Source: Squalus acanthias (Eukaryota). Taken from it: 64,000 nucleotides of DNA. The notes beneath the pieces were generated by a model that worked only from the letters and a program-made list of their open reading frames with translations, was not told the origin of the DNA and made no database searches. The translations under genes and the position numbers were made by a program. The first letter of the stretch is position 1, and each line of letters begins with the position of its first letter. The stretch lies in contig JASTWF010000034.1 of assembly GCA_030390025.1 (NCBI GenBank), positions 3,844,001-3,908,000 on the forward strand, read 5' to 3'. Positions 13,103 to 26,189 of this stretch are shown in pieces.

Positions 13103-16100
13103 TTGATATACTCCACACCCCTCACTGTAACACTGATATACCCCACACCCCTCACTGTAACACTGATATACCCCACACCCCTCACTGTAACACTGATATA
13201 CCTCACACCCCTCACTGTAACACTGATATACCCCACACCCCTCACTGTAACACTGATATACCCCACACCCCTCACTGTAACACTGATATACCCCACACCC
13301 CTCACTGTAACACTGATATACTCCACACCCCTCACTGTAACACTGATATACCCCACACCCCTCACTGTAACACTGATATACCCCACACCCCTCACTGTAA
13401 CACTGATATACCCCACACCCCTCACTGTAACACTGATATACCCCACACCCCTAACTGTAACACGGATATACCCCACACCCCTCACTGTAACACGGATATA
13501 CCCCACACCCCTCACTGTAACACTGATATACCCCACACCCCTCACTGTAACACACTGATATACCGCACACCCCTCACTGTAACACTGATATACCCCACAC
13601 CCCTCACTGTAACACGGATATACCCCACACCCCTCACTGTAACACTGATATACCCCACACCCCTCACTGTAACACACTGATATACCCCACACCCCTCACT
13701 GTAACACTGATATACTCCACACCCCTCATTGTAACACTGATATACCCCACACCCCTCACTGTAACACTGATATACCCCACACCCCTCACTGTTACACTGA
13801 TATACCCCACACCCCTCACTGTAACACTGATATACCCCACACCCCTCACTGTAACACTGATATACTCCACACCCCTCACTGTTACACTGATATACCCCAC
13901 ACCCCTCACTGTAACACTGATATACCCCACACCCCTCACTGTAACACTGATATACACTACACCCCTCACTGTAACACTGATATACTCCACACCCCTCACA
14001 GTAACACTGATATAAACCACACCCCTCACTGTAACACTGATATACCCCACACCCCTCACTGCAACACTGATATACCCCACACCCCTCACTGTAACACTGA
14101 TATACCCTACACCCCTCACTGTAACACTGATATACTCCACACCCCTCACAGTAACACTGATATACCCCACACCCCTCACTGTAACACTGATATACCCCAC
14201 ACCCCTCACTGACACACTGATATACTCCACACCCCTCACTGTAACACTGATATACCCCACACCCCTCACTGCAACACTGATATACTCCACACCCCTCACT
14301 GTAACACTGATATACCCCACACCCCTCACTGTAACACTGATATACCTCACACCCCTCACTGTAACACTGATATACATCACACCCCTCACTGTAACACTGA
14401 TATACCCCACACCCCTCACTGTAACACACTGATATACCCCACACCCCTCACTGTAACACTGATATACCCCACACCCCTCACTGTAACACTGATATACCCC
14501 ACACCCCTCACTGTAACACTGATATACCCCACACCCCTCACTGTAACACTGATATACCCCACACCCCTCACTGTAACACTGATATACCCCACACCCCTCA
14601 CTGTAACACTGATATACTCCACACCCCTCACTGTAACACTCTGATATACCCCACACCCCTCACTGTAACACTGATATACCCCACACCCCTCACTGTAACA
14701 CTGATATACCCCACACCCCTCACTGTAACACTGATATATCCCACACCCCTCACTGTAACACTGATATACTCCACACCCCTAACTGTAACACTGATATACC
14801 CCACACCCCTCACTGTAACACTGATATACCCCACACCCCTCACTGTAACACTGATATACTCCACACCCCTCACTGTAACACTGATATACCCCACACCCCA
14901 CACTGTAACATTGATATACCACTCACCCCTCACTGTAACACTGAAATACCCCACACCCCTCACTGTAACACTGATATAACCCACACCCCTCACAGTAACA
15001 CTGATATACCCCACACCCCTCACTGTAACACTGATATACTCCACACCCCTCACTGTAACACTGAAATACCCCACACCCCTCACTGTAACACTGATATACC
15101 CCACACCCCTCACTAACACTGATATACCCCACACCCCTCATTGTAAAACTGATATACCCCACACCCCTCACTATGGGCAGCACGGTGGCATAGTGGTTAG
15201 CACTGGTGCCTCACAGCGCCAGGGACCCGGGTTCGAATCTGGCCTCGGGTGACTGTCTGTGTGGAGTTTGCACATTGTCTGCGTGGGTTTCCTCCGGGTG
15301 CTCCGGTTTCCTCCCACAGTCCAAACATGTGCGGGTTAGGTTGATTTGGCTATGATAAATTGACCCTTAGTGTTAGGGGGGGATTAAATATGTGGGGTTA
15401 CGGGGATAGGGTAGGAAGGGATATGTTAGGGGGAATTAAATACGTGGGGTTACGGGGATAGGGTGGGATATGTGTCGGTGCAGGCTCGATGGGGATTCTG
15501 TGTGAGAAAGCATGGATAGGGTACTGGATTTGGATGATCAGCCATGATCGTATTGAATGGTGCAGCAGGCTCGACGGGCCGAATGGCCTACTCCTGCTCC
15601 TAATTTCTATGTTTCTATGTAACACGGATGCACCCCACACCCCTCACTGTAACACTGATATACCCCACACCCCTCACTGTAACACTGATATACCCCACAC
15701 CCCTCACTGTAAAACTGATATACCTCACACCCCTCACTGTAACACTGATATAACACACACACCTCACTGTAAAATTGATATACCCCACACCCCTCACTGT
15801 GACACTGATATAACACACACACCACACTGTAACATTGATGTACCCCACACCCCTCACTGTGACACTGATATAACACACACACCTCACTGTAAAACTGATA
15901 TACCTCACACCCCTCACTGTAAAACTGATATAACACACACACCTCACTGTAAAATTGATATACCCCACACCCCTCACTGTAACACTGATATACCCCACAC
16001 CACTCATTCTAACACTGATATACCCCACTCGTAACACTGATATACCCCACACCCCTCACTGTAACACTGATATACCTCACACCTCTCACTGTAACACTGA

Positions 16101-17343
16101 TATAACCCTCACCCCTCACTGTAACACTGAAATACCCCACACCCCTCACTGTAACACTGATATACCCCACACCCCTCACTGTAACACTAATACACCCCAC
16201 ACCCGTCACTGTAACACTAATATACCCCACACCCCTCACTGTAACACTAATATACCCCACACCCCTCACTGTAACACTGATATACCCCACACACCTCACT
16301 GTGAAACTGATATACCCCATACCCTTCACTGTAACAATGATATACCCCACACCCCTCACTGTAACACTGATATACCTCACACCCCTCAATGTAACACTGA
16401 TATACAGCACACCCCTCACTGTAACACTGATATACCCCACACCCCTCACTGAAACACTGATATACCCCACACCCCTCACTTTAACACTGATGTACCCCAC
16501 ACCCCTCACTGTAACTTGACATACCCCACACCCCTCAATGTAACACTGATATACCCACACCCCTCACTGTAACACTGATATACCCCACACCCCTCACTGT
16601 AACACTGATATAACCCACACCCCTGACTGTAACACTGATATACCCCACACCCCTCACTGTAACACTGATATACCCCACACCCCTCAATGTAACACGCTGA
16701 TATACCCCACACCCCTCACTGTAACGCTGATATACCCCACACCCCTCACTGAAATACTGATATACCCGACACCCCTCACTGTAATACTGATATACCCCAC
16801 ACCCCTCAATGTAACACGCTGATATACCCCACACCCCTCACTGTAACACTGATATACCCCACACCTCTCACCAACACTGATATACCCCACACCCCTCACT
16901 GTAACACTGATATACCCCACACCCCTCACTGCAGCACTGAAATACCCCACACCCATCACTGTAACACTGTTATACACCACACCCCTCACTGTAGCATTGA
17001 TATACCCCACACCCCTCACTAACACTGATATACCCCAAACCCCTAACTGTAACACTGATATACCCCTCAGTGTAACATTGATATACCCCACTGCCCTCAC
17101 TGTAACACTGATATACCCCTCACTGTAACATTGATATACCCCACACCCCTTACTGTAACACTGATATACCCCACACCCCTCACTGTAACACTAAAATACC
17201 CCACACCCCTCACTGTAACACTGAAAGACCCCACACCCCTCACTGTAACACTGATATACCTCACACTCCTCACTGTAACACTTTTATTCCATACACCCCT
17301 CACTAACGCTGATATACCCTACTCCCCTCACTTTAACACTCTG
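13103..17343. repeat. 30-bp minisatellite, interrupted by a SINE
   Basis: Unit CCCCACACCCCTCACTGTAACACTGATATA; near-perfect in the left half, more degenerate in the right half. Confidence 0.97.
15175..15619 (+). mobile_element. tRNA-derived SINE (HE1/V-SINE type)
   Basis: Same head, central domain and tail as 7654-8082, with a small deletion in the central domain. Confidence 0.9.
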
Positions 17344-17354
17344 ATTCGCTGGAA

Positions 17355-17653
17355 AGGCGAGCTGCTGGTTGTGTGGGCCAGTGAGCTGCTGGTTGAGTAC
17401 GCCAGTGAGCTGCTGGTTTTGTGGGCCAGTGAGCTGCTGGTTTAGTGGGGAGGTGAGCTGCTGGTTTAGTGGAGAGGTGAGCTGCTGGTTTAGTGGGGCG
17501 GTGACCTGCTGGTTAAGTGGGGAGGTGAGCTGCTGCTTTAGTGGGGAGGTGAGCTGCTGGTTAAGTGGGGAGGTGAGCTGCTGGTTTAGTGGGGAGGTGA
17601 CCTGCTGGTTTAGTGGGGAGGTGAGCTGCTGGTTTAGTGGGGAGGTGAGCTGT
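17355..17653. repeat. 24-bp minisatellite
   Basis: Unit GTGGGGAGGTGAGCTGCTGGTTTA. Confidence 0.9.
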
Positions 17654-17962
17654 TATCATTCCTTGTGCTTGCCCATTGATCTCTATTAGTTTGTTCTTTA
17701 CTCTGCCACACAGGAGTGTTAATTACCTGCTTCTGTAACCTTCAAACCCTCACAGCTTCCAATGTCCTTTACAAAAGGGACTGATTCTCTGGCCACACTC
17801 CCCAGCAGTCCTCCAGACTCGCTGCTGACATTAAATTCAATCTTCACACTCTCCCATGCTCGGCAGCAGATGTGCGTCTTTCTGGACTGTGTTTTAACTT
17901 AACTTAATCACTAGTTACTCTAGCTTAATATTGATATAATTCTATATCTCAACCAGTGGACT

Positions 17963-18627
17963 CTATTTAATAATCTGTACATACCAATCCTTACAAGAAC
18001 TTTTAAAAGCTCTGCTGTCAGAGTGAATTCGCTGATGTTTCAGCAGATTGGATGACCTTGTGAATCTCTTCACACACACGGAGCAGGTGAACAGATTCTC
18101 TCCAGTGTGAACTCGCTGGTGTTTCAGCAGGGAGGGTGACCGACTGAAGCCCTTCCCACGCACGGAGCGGGTCAACAGTCTCTCCCCAGTGTAACTGCGC
18201 CGATGAATTTGCATCTCAGACGGATAATTGAATCCTTCTCACAGTCCCCACATTCCCGCGGTTTCTCCATGGTCCATCTGTCTCTCCAGGTTGGACGATC
18301 GGTTGAAGCCTCGTCCACACACAGAACACGTGTACGGTTTCTCCCCGCTGTGAATGGTGTGAAGTTTTTTCAGGCTGTGTAGCTGGTTACAGCTCTCTCC
18401 ACAGTCAGTGCACTGGAACACTCTCGCTCAAGTGTGAATGGGTCTCAGTGCTTTCCAAGACACAATGTTTGAAATCCTTTCCCACACACAAGAACCCGAG
18501 AAAGATTTCTCCTTCCGCATTCAAAGGCCGATGATATTCAGGTCATGATGAATCGAGTGACTCTGTCAGATCTTGGCGTGATGTTTGGTTTGTGTTTCTT
18601 GTCTGCAAATCCTCCCCTTCTAATACC
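17963..18627 (-). pseudogene. Decayed Kruppel-type C2H2 zinc-finger gene, main exon
   Basis: FQCTDCGES...HSGEKPYTCSVCGRGFNRSSNL and HQRVHTGENLFTCSVCVKRFTRSSNLLKHQRIHS; frameshifts, stops and lost Cys/His residues; acceptor CTTTTACAG at 18628. Confidence 0.88.
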
Positions 18628-18865
18628 CTGTAAAAGGAGATTGCAAAAGTCAACACTAAGTACAGGACAGAAATTCAGAACAGACAATTCTAGTTTCTAT
18701 GGAACAATCTTTCCTCTCGTGCTTCCCCCAAAAGCTGTAAGTTCCTGTCCCACACACTCTCCCTCTCCTGAAATCCTTACCCATTGCACCATATCTTTTC
18801 CCCTCTCCCACTCTCTCCCTCCCTCTGCTCTCCAGTTCTGCAGCACCTGTGTGCGAGGAGTGAGG

Positions 18866-19351
18866 TGGAATACACTCCACTTGCCTTGATGCATACAGCT
18901 CCAACAACACTCAAGAAGCTCGACACCATCCAGGACAAAGCAGCCCGCTTGATTGACAACCCATCCACATACCTTACACATTCGCTCCCTCCACCACCGG
19001 TGCACCATGGCTGCAGTGTGTACCATCTACAAGATGCACTGCAGCAACTCGCCAAGGCTTCTTCGGCAGCACTACCCAAACCCGCAATCTCTTCCACCTA
19101 GAAGGACAAGCGCAGCAGACGCATGGGAACCCCACAACCTCCAGGTTCCCCTCCAAGTCACACACCATCCTGACTTGGAAGTATATCGCCGATCCTTCAT
19201 CGTTGCTGGTTGAAAATCCTAGAACTCCCTACCTACGGACTACAGCGGTTCAAGAAGGCAGCTCACCACTACCTTCTCAAGGGCAGGTAAGGATGGGCAA
19301 TAAATGCTGACCTTGCCAGCGACTCTCACATCCCATAAACGAATTTAAAAA
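18866..19351 (+). mobile_element. Non-LTR retrotransposon 3' fragment (CR1-group, distinct family) in the ZNF intron
   Basis: TLKKLDTIQDKAARLI, SLHHRCTMAAVCTIYKMH, YRRSFIVAG; 3'UTR containing AATAAA. Confidence 0.75.
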
Positions 19352-19374
19352 GTGCTTCTGCTGCAGTTGCACTG

Positions 19375-19915
19375 AGGGCCGCGCATGCGCCCTGACACTG
19401 CCCTGTCCAAGATGGCGGCGCGGGGAAAAGTCCCGCCTTCCTTCACCAAGATGGCGGCCGGTTGCCGGGGTAACCCGGGCCTATCGGCGGGGAGAAAGCA
19501 TTCAGCAAGTTGGCGGACAGTCGCCCCGCTCACCCGGGCCTGGCGCTGCGGCGCAAACACGACGACCCGCGGGGTCTTATTCGGTGCCTGAGGCCTAGGC
19601 CGGGTGTTTGTGAAGCTTCCCAGACCCCGCGCGGCGCCTGTTCCTCCCCGGCCCCCAGAATCGCCTGCCGCCTCTTGAATCGTTTTTAAGGCCATTAGTA
19701 CAACAGGAAATGCTCTGACGAAGTTATAGACGAGAAACGTTGGGAGCGATATCTCTCCCCCGTTGGTCCTGCTGCCGCCATTGCCTCGTCTGCACGACTC
19801 GTACTGCGCATGCTCGGAGCACTCCACGGCCCCGCGCCTGCGCACTGGGCTCCTGTAGTCATTGATTGGGCACTTTCTGCCGCGCGGGGGATCGTGGGTA
19901 AACACACCGCCATTG
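19375..19915 (-). promoter_or_regulatory. CpG-island promoter and exon 1 of the zinc-finger gene
   Basis: CpG-dense; NRF1-type GCGCATGCGC at 19381 and TGCGCATGCT near 19806; two YY1-type CAAGATGGCGGC; minus-strand CCAAT near 19865-19869; donor CGG|GTGAGC at 19533. Confidence 0.75.
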
Positions 19916-19919
19916 AATG

Positions 19920-20965
19920 CCACAAAACAGAGAGCAGCTTTTCAGACTGGCAAAAGGTGGAAAGTGGTGTTCCACAGGGATCGGTGCTGGGACCACTGCT
20001 GTTCAAAATTTACATAACCAATTTCGGCTCGAGAATTTGAAGTACAATTTCAAAATTTGTCAATGATACCAAATTGGGAGGTACAGTTACTATTGATGAA
20101 GACTGTGACATAATGCAAGAAGACATTAATAAACTTGCAGAATGGAAGTGTAATTGGTGAATGAATTTCAATATAGATAAGTGTGAGGTGGCGCCTTTTG
20201 GTAGGAAGAATAAGGAGGCCAGATACTGCTTTGAAAATAAGAGTATAAATGGGGTAGAGGAGCAATGCGATTTCGGGGTACAGATACACAGAACACTAAA
20301 AGTAGCAATGGAGGTTAATAGGGCCATACAAAACAAACAAAGCACTGGGGTTCATTTCCAGAGGGATAGAATTGCAAAGCAGGGAGGTTATGTTAAACTT
20401 GTACTGACCCTGGGTTAGATCATACTTGGAGTACTGTGAAAAGCTCTGGTCTCCATATTATTACGAGGGGCCCAATGGCCTACTCCTGCTCTTATTTCTT
20501 ATGTTCTTAATATAGAGGCACTGGAGAAGGAGATTTGTAAGGATGATCCTAGAACTGAGAGGATATACTTATCAGGAAAGGCTGAACAGGCAAGGTCTTT
20601 TTTCTCTTGAAGAAAGAGAATGCTGATGGAAGACCGGATAGAGGTCTTTAAGATTATGAGAAGGTTATAAAGGGTGGTCGTGGATAAAATGTTTCCACTT
20701 GTTGGAGTTTCAAAACTGGAGATCATCAATATAAGATAGTCACTAATAAATGCAATGGAGAATTCAGGAGACATTCTTCACCCAAAGAGAGGTGAGAATG
20801 TGGAACTCGCTACCACAGGGAGTAGTGGAGGCGGATAGTACAGATGCATTTAATGAGAAGCTAGATAAACACATGAGGGAGAAAGGAATATAAGGTTATG
20901 CTAATAGAATTAGATGAAGAGGGGTGAGAGGAGGCTTGTGTGGGGAATAAACACAGGCGCAAACC
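19920..20965 (+). mobile_element. Old CR1 3' fragment
   Basis: SGVPQGSVLGPLLF, FNIDKCEV, many indels; a short second CR1 tail lies at about 20465-20508. Confidence 0.85.
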
Positions 20966-20984
20966 AATTGGGCAGAATAGGTCA

Positions 20985-22610
20985 GAGGCAGAGTAAATCT
21001 ACCGCAACACTGCCACATCAAACTCTCCCAGGACAGGCACAACACGACTTAGACACAGTGTATATCTCCCTCAGCACTGTCCCATCAAACACTCCCAGGG
21101 CAGTTTCAGCAAAGGTTAGATACAGAGTAAAGGTCCCTCAACACTGGCCCAACAAACTCTCTCAGGGCAGGTACAGTACAGGTTAGATACAGAGTAAAGG
21201 TCCCTCTACACTGGCCCAACAAACTCTCTCAGGGCAGGTACAGCACAGGTTAGATACAGAGTAAAGCTCATATCTGCACGGTCCCATCAAACACTCCCAT
21301 GGCAAGTTCAGACCATGTTTGATACAGGGTCGAGCTCCCCCTACACTGTCCCTTCAAACCCGTCCAGGACAGGCAGACCACGAGTTAGACACAGAATAAA
21401 GCTGCATCAACACTGTCCCCAAAAAAACTCCCAGGGCAGGTACAGTACTGGTTAGATAGAGAGTAAAGCGCTCTCTGCACTGTCCCATCAAACTCTCCCA
21501 GGACAGGTACAGCATGGGTAAGATACAGAGTAAAGCTCCCTCTACACTATCCCATCAAACACTCGTAGGGCAAGTACAGCAAGGATTAGAAACAGAATAA
21601 AGCTCCCTCAACCATGTCCCATCAAACACACCCAGGGCAGTTTCAGCACAGGTTAGATACAAAGTAATTCTCACTCTACACTGTCCATCAAACACTCCCG
21701 GGGCATGTCCAGAACATGTTTGACAGATAGTAAAGTTCCCTCTAAACTGTCCCGGCAAACACTCCCAGGGCAGGTGCAGCACTGGTTAGATACAGAGTAA
21801 ATCTCCCTCTACATTGTCCCATCCAACACTCCCAGGGCAGGTTCAAACAATCATTGGTAAAGAGTAAAGCTCTCACTAAACTGTCCCATCAAACACTCCC
21901 GGGGCAGGTACAGCATGGGTTAGATACAGAGTAAAGCTCCCTCTACAATGTCCCATCAAACATTTAAAGGGCATGTACAGCAGGGGTTAGAAACAGAGTA
22001 AAGCTTCCTTTACACTGTCCCATCAAACCCGTCCAGGACAGGCAGAACACGAGTTAGATAGAGAGAGTAAAGCTGCATCAACAGTGTCCAATTTAACACT
22101 GCCAGGGCAGGTACAGCATGGGTTTGATACAGAGTAAAGCTTCCTCTACACTGTCCCATCAAACACCCCCAGGGCATGTACAGCATGGGTTAGATATAGA
22201 GTAAAGCTGCCTCTACACTGTCCCATCAAACACTCCCAGAGCAGGTAGAGCATGTGTTAGATACAGACTAAAGCTGCCTCTACAGTGTCCCATCAAACCC
22301 TTCCAAGACAGGCACAACACGAGTTAGACACAAAGTAAAGTTGCAACAACACTGGCCCATCAAACACTCCCAAAGCAGGTACAGCATGGATTAGATACAG
22401 ATTAAAGCTCCGTTTACACTGTCCCATCAAACTCTCCCAGGGCAGGTAAAGCACAGGGTAGATACAGAGTGAACCTCCATCTACAATGTAACATCAAACA
22501 CTCTCAGGGCAGGTACAGCACGGGTTATTTGCAGAGAAAAACTCTCTACACTCTCCCATCAAAAAATCCCAGAGCAGGTTCAGACAATGTTTGGTACAGA
22601 GTAAAGCTCT
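20985..22610 (-). repeat. 67-bp satellite array (reverse orientation)
   Basis: Repeated GTCCCATCAAACACTCCCAGGGCAGGTACAGCA...GTTAGATACAGAGTAAAGCTCCCTCTACA. Confidence 0.93.
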
Positions 22611-22611
22611 G

Positions 22612-24150
22612 AAATGAATATTTTGCATCTGTGTTCACTATGGAGAAGGACGATGGAGGCATAGAAATCAGGCTGGGGTATTGTGATATACTTGAACAAA
22701 TTAGTATTGAGAGGGAGGAGGTACTAGCGGTTTTAGCGGGCTTAAAAGTGGATAAATCCCCAGGCCCTGACGGGATGTATCCCAGGCTGCTGTGTGAGGC
22801 AAGGGAGGAGACTGCAGGGGCTCGGACACAAATTTTCAGAACCTCTCTGACCACAGGGGAGGTGCCAGAGGACCGGAGAACAGCTAACGTAGTACCATTG
22901 TTCAAGAAGGGTAGTCGGGATAAACCAGGGAATTACAGGCCAGTGAGCCTAACATCAGTGATAGGGAAATTAGTGGAAAAAATTCTGAGGGACAGAATTA
23001 GTCTCCACTTGGAGAGGCAAGGATTAATCAGGGATAGTCAGCATGGCTTTGTCAGGGGAAGATCATATCTAACCAATTTGATTGAATTTTTTGAGGGGGT
23101 GACTAGGTGTGTGGATGAGGATAGTGCAGTTGATGTCCTCTACATGGTCTTCAGTAAGGCTTTTGATAAAGTCCCACATGGGAGACTGGTCAAGAAGGTA
23201 AGAGGCCATGGGATGCAGGGCAATTTGGCACATTAGATTCAAAATTGGCTTAGTGGCAGGAGGCAGATGGTGATGGTCGAAGGTTGTTTTTGTGACTGGA
23301 AGCCTGTGTCCAGTGGTGTACCGCAGGGATCGGTGCTGGGTCCTTTGCTGTTTGTAGTGTACATTAATGATTTAGATATGAATGTAAGTTCGCAGATGAC
23401 ACGAAAATTGGTGGAGTGGTAAATAGCGAGGAGGGAAGCCTCAGGCTACAGGACGATATAGACGGGATGGTTAGATGGGCAGAACAGTGGCAAATGGAAT
23501 TTAACCCTGAAAAGTGTGAGTGATGCATTTTGGGAGGACAAACAAGGCAAGGGAATACACAATGAATGGTAGGACCCTAGGAAGGACAGAGGATCAGAGG
23601 GCCCTTGGCGTGCATGTACATAGATCCCTGAAGACAGCAGGACAGGTAGATAAGGTGGTTAAAAAGGTATATTGGATACTTGCCTTCATTAGCCGAGGCA
23701 TAGAATATAAGAGCAGGGACGTTATGATGGAGCTGTACAAAACGTTGGTTAGGCCACAGCTGGAATACTGTGTGCAGTTCTGGTCACCACACTATAGGAG
23801 GGATGTGATTGCATTGGAGAGGGTGCAGAGGAGATTCACCAGGATGTTACCTGGGCTGGAGCGTTTCAGCAGTGAAGAGAGACTGGACAGGATGGGGTTG
23901 TTTTCCTTATATCAGATAAGGCTGAGGGGGGACCTGATTCAGGTGTATAAAATTATGAGGGGCATAGCTAGGGTGGTAAAAAGGAAATTCTTCCCTTCGT
24001 AGAGGGGTCAATAACCAGGGGGCAAAGTTTCAAGGTAAGGGGCAGGAGGTTTAGAGGGGAATTGAGGCAAAACTTTTTCACCCAGAGGGTGGTTGAAATC
24101 TGGAGCTCACTCCCTTAAAGGCTGGTAGAGGCAGGAATGCTCACAACATT
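22612..24150 (+). mobile_element. CR1 ORF2 (RT) fragment truncated at both ends
   Basis: ORFs 22631..23236 (KSPGPDG, NYRPVSLTS, SKAFDKVPH) and 23520..24002; no 3' tail. Confidence 0.92.
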
Positions 24151-24151
24151 C

Positions 24152-24572
24152 AAAGCACTCCCAGGACAGGTACAGCACGGGTTAGATACAGAGTAAAGCT
24201 CCCTCTACAATGTCCCATCAAACAATCACAGGGCAGGTACAACACGCCTAAGATAGAGTGAAGCTCTCTCGACACGGTCGCATCAAACACTTCCACTGCA
24301 AGTACAGCACAGTTTAGACACAGAGCAAAGCTCCCTGTACAATGTCCCATCAAATGCTCCCAGGGCAAGTACAGCTTCTATTAGATGCAGAGTAAAGCTG
24401 CCTCTACACTGTCCAATCAAACACTCCCAGGGCAGGTTCAGACCACGTTTGATACAGTGTAAAGCTGCTTCTACACTGTCCCATCAAACACTCCCAGGGC
24501 AGGTAAAGCACGGGTTAGATAAAGAGTAAAGCTCCCTCTACAATGTCCCATCAAACATTCCTAGGGCAGGTA
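24152..24572 (-). repeat. 67-bp satellite block
   Basis: Same unit as 20985-22610. Confidence 0.9.
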
Positions 24573-25280
24573 GATCAGTAGTTGGGAAAATGCTGGAATC
24601 GATTATAAAGGATGCAATAACTGGGCACTTAGAAACTAATAGTAAGATTGGGCCAAGTCAACATGGATTTATGAAAGGGAAATCCTGTTTGACAAACATA
24701 TTGGAGTTCTTTGAGGATGTAACTAGTGGAGTAGACAAAGGGGAACCGGTAGATGTGGTGTATCTGGATTTTCATAAGACCTTCGATAAGGTCCCACACA
24801 AGAGGTTGGTGAACAAAATGAGGGCACATTGAATTGGGGTAATATACTAGCATGGTTTGAGAATTGGTTAACAGACAGAAAACAAAGAGTAGGGAGAAAC
24901 GGATCTTTTTCAGGATGGCAGGCTGCGACTAGTGGTGTACCGCAAGGATCGGTGCTTGGGCCCCAGCTATTCACAATCTATACCAAGGATTTGGATGAGG
25001 GGACTAAATGTAACATTTCCAAATTTGCTGATGATACAAAGCTAGGTGGCAGTGTTAGTTGTGAAGAAGATGTGAAGAGACTTCAAGGGGATCTCAAAGG
25101 GCTCAGTGAGGGGCGTGAACATGGCAGATGGAATATAATGTCGATAAATGTGAAGTTATCCAGTTTGGTAGACAAAACAGAAAGGCAGAGTATTTCCTAA
25201 ATGGTGAAAGATTGGGGAACGCAGATGCACAAAGGGACCTGGGTGTCCTTGTACATGAGTCATTGAAAGTGAATGTGCAG
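24573..25280 (+). mobile_element. CR1 RT internal fragment
   Basis: SQHGFMKGKSCLTN, GVPQGSVLGPQLF, KFADDTKLGG; truncated at both ends. Confidence 0.92.
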
Positions 25281-26188
25281 AGTACAGCTTCCTCGAAACT
25301 GTCCCATCAAACACTCCCAGGGCAGGTTCAGACGAGGTTTGATACAGTAATGCTCCCTCTACACTGTCCCATCAAACATTCCCAGGGCAGGTACGGCGGG
25401 AGTTAGAAACAGAGCAAAGCTCCGTCTACACTATCCCATCAAACACTTCCAGGACACATTCAGACCATGTGTGATACAGAGTAAAGCTCCCTTTACACTG
25501 TCCCATCAAACCCGTCCAGGACAGGGAGCACACGAGTTAGACAGAGTAAAGCTCCCTCTATACTGTCCAATCAAACACTCCCAGGGCAGGTGCAGCACAG
25601 ATTAGATACAGAGTAAAGCTCCCTCTACTCTGTCCCATCAAACGCTCCCAGGGCAGGTGCAGCACGGATTAGATACAGATGACAGCTGCCTCTACACTGT
25701 CCCATCAAATCACTCCCAGGACACGTATAATACGGGTTAAATGCAGAGTAAAGCTGCCTGCATACTGTCCCATCAAACCCTTCAAGGTCAGGCACAACAA
25801 GAGTTAAACATAGAAACATAGAAACATAGAATCTAGGAGCAGGAGTAGGCCATTCGGCCCGTCGAGCCTGCTCCACCATTCAATACGATCATGGCTGATC
25901 ATCCAAATCCAGTACCCTGTCCCTGCTTTAATCCCCACAGTACACATATCCCACCCTACCCCCGTAACCCCACATATTTAATTCCCCCTAACATATCCCA
26001 TCCTATCCCCATAACCCCACATATTTAATCCCCCCCTAACACTAAGGGTCAATTTATCATAGCCAAATCAACCTAACCCGCACATTTTTTGGACACAGTT
26101 AGATACAGACTTAAGCTCCCTCTACAGTGTCCCATCAACACTCGCAGGGCAGGTACAGTACACGTTAGATACAGCATAAAGCTCCCTC
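25281..26188 (-). repeat. 67-bp satellite block containing a truncated SINE
   Basis: Same unit as 20985-22610. Confidence 0.88.
25809..26094 (-). mobile_element. 5'-truncated SINE, same subfamily as 7654-8082
   Basis: Reverse complement of the SINE 3' half with (CATAGAAA)n tail; lacks the tRNA head. Confidence 0.88.
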
Positions 26189-26189
26189 A

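Noticed and set aside
13012..17303. Long ORFs (up to 330 aa) of VTVRGVGYIS / CYSEGCGVYQ repeats
   Set aside because: Translation of a 30-bp minisatellite; frames switch at 2-bp insertions and there are no gene signals
19345..19923. 192-aa minus-strand ORF
   Set aside because: Stop-poor because it spans a GC-rich promoter; no recognisable domain
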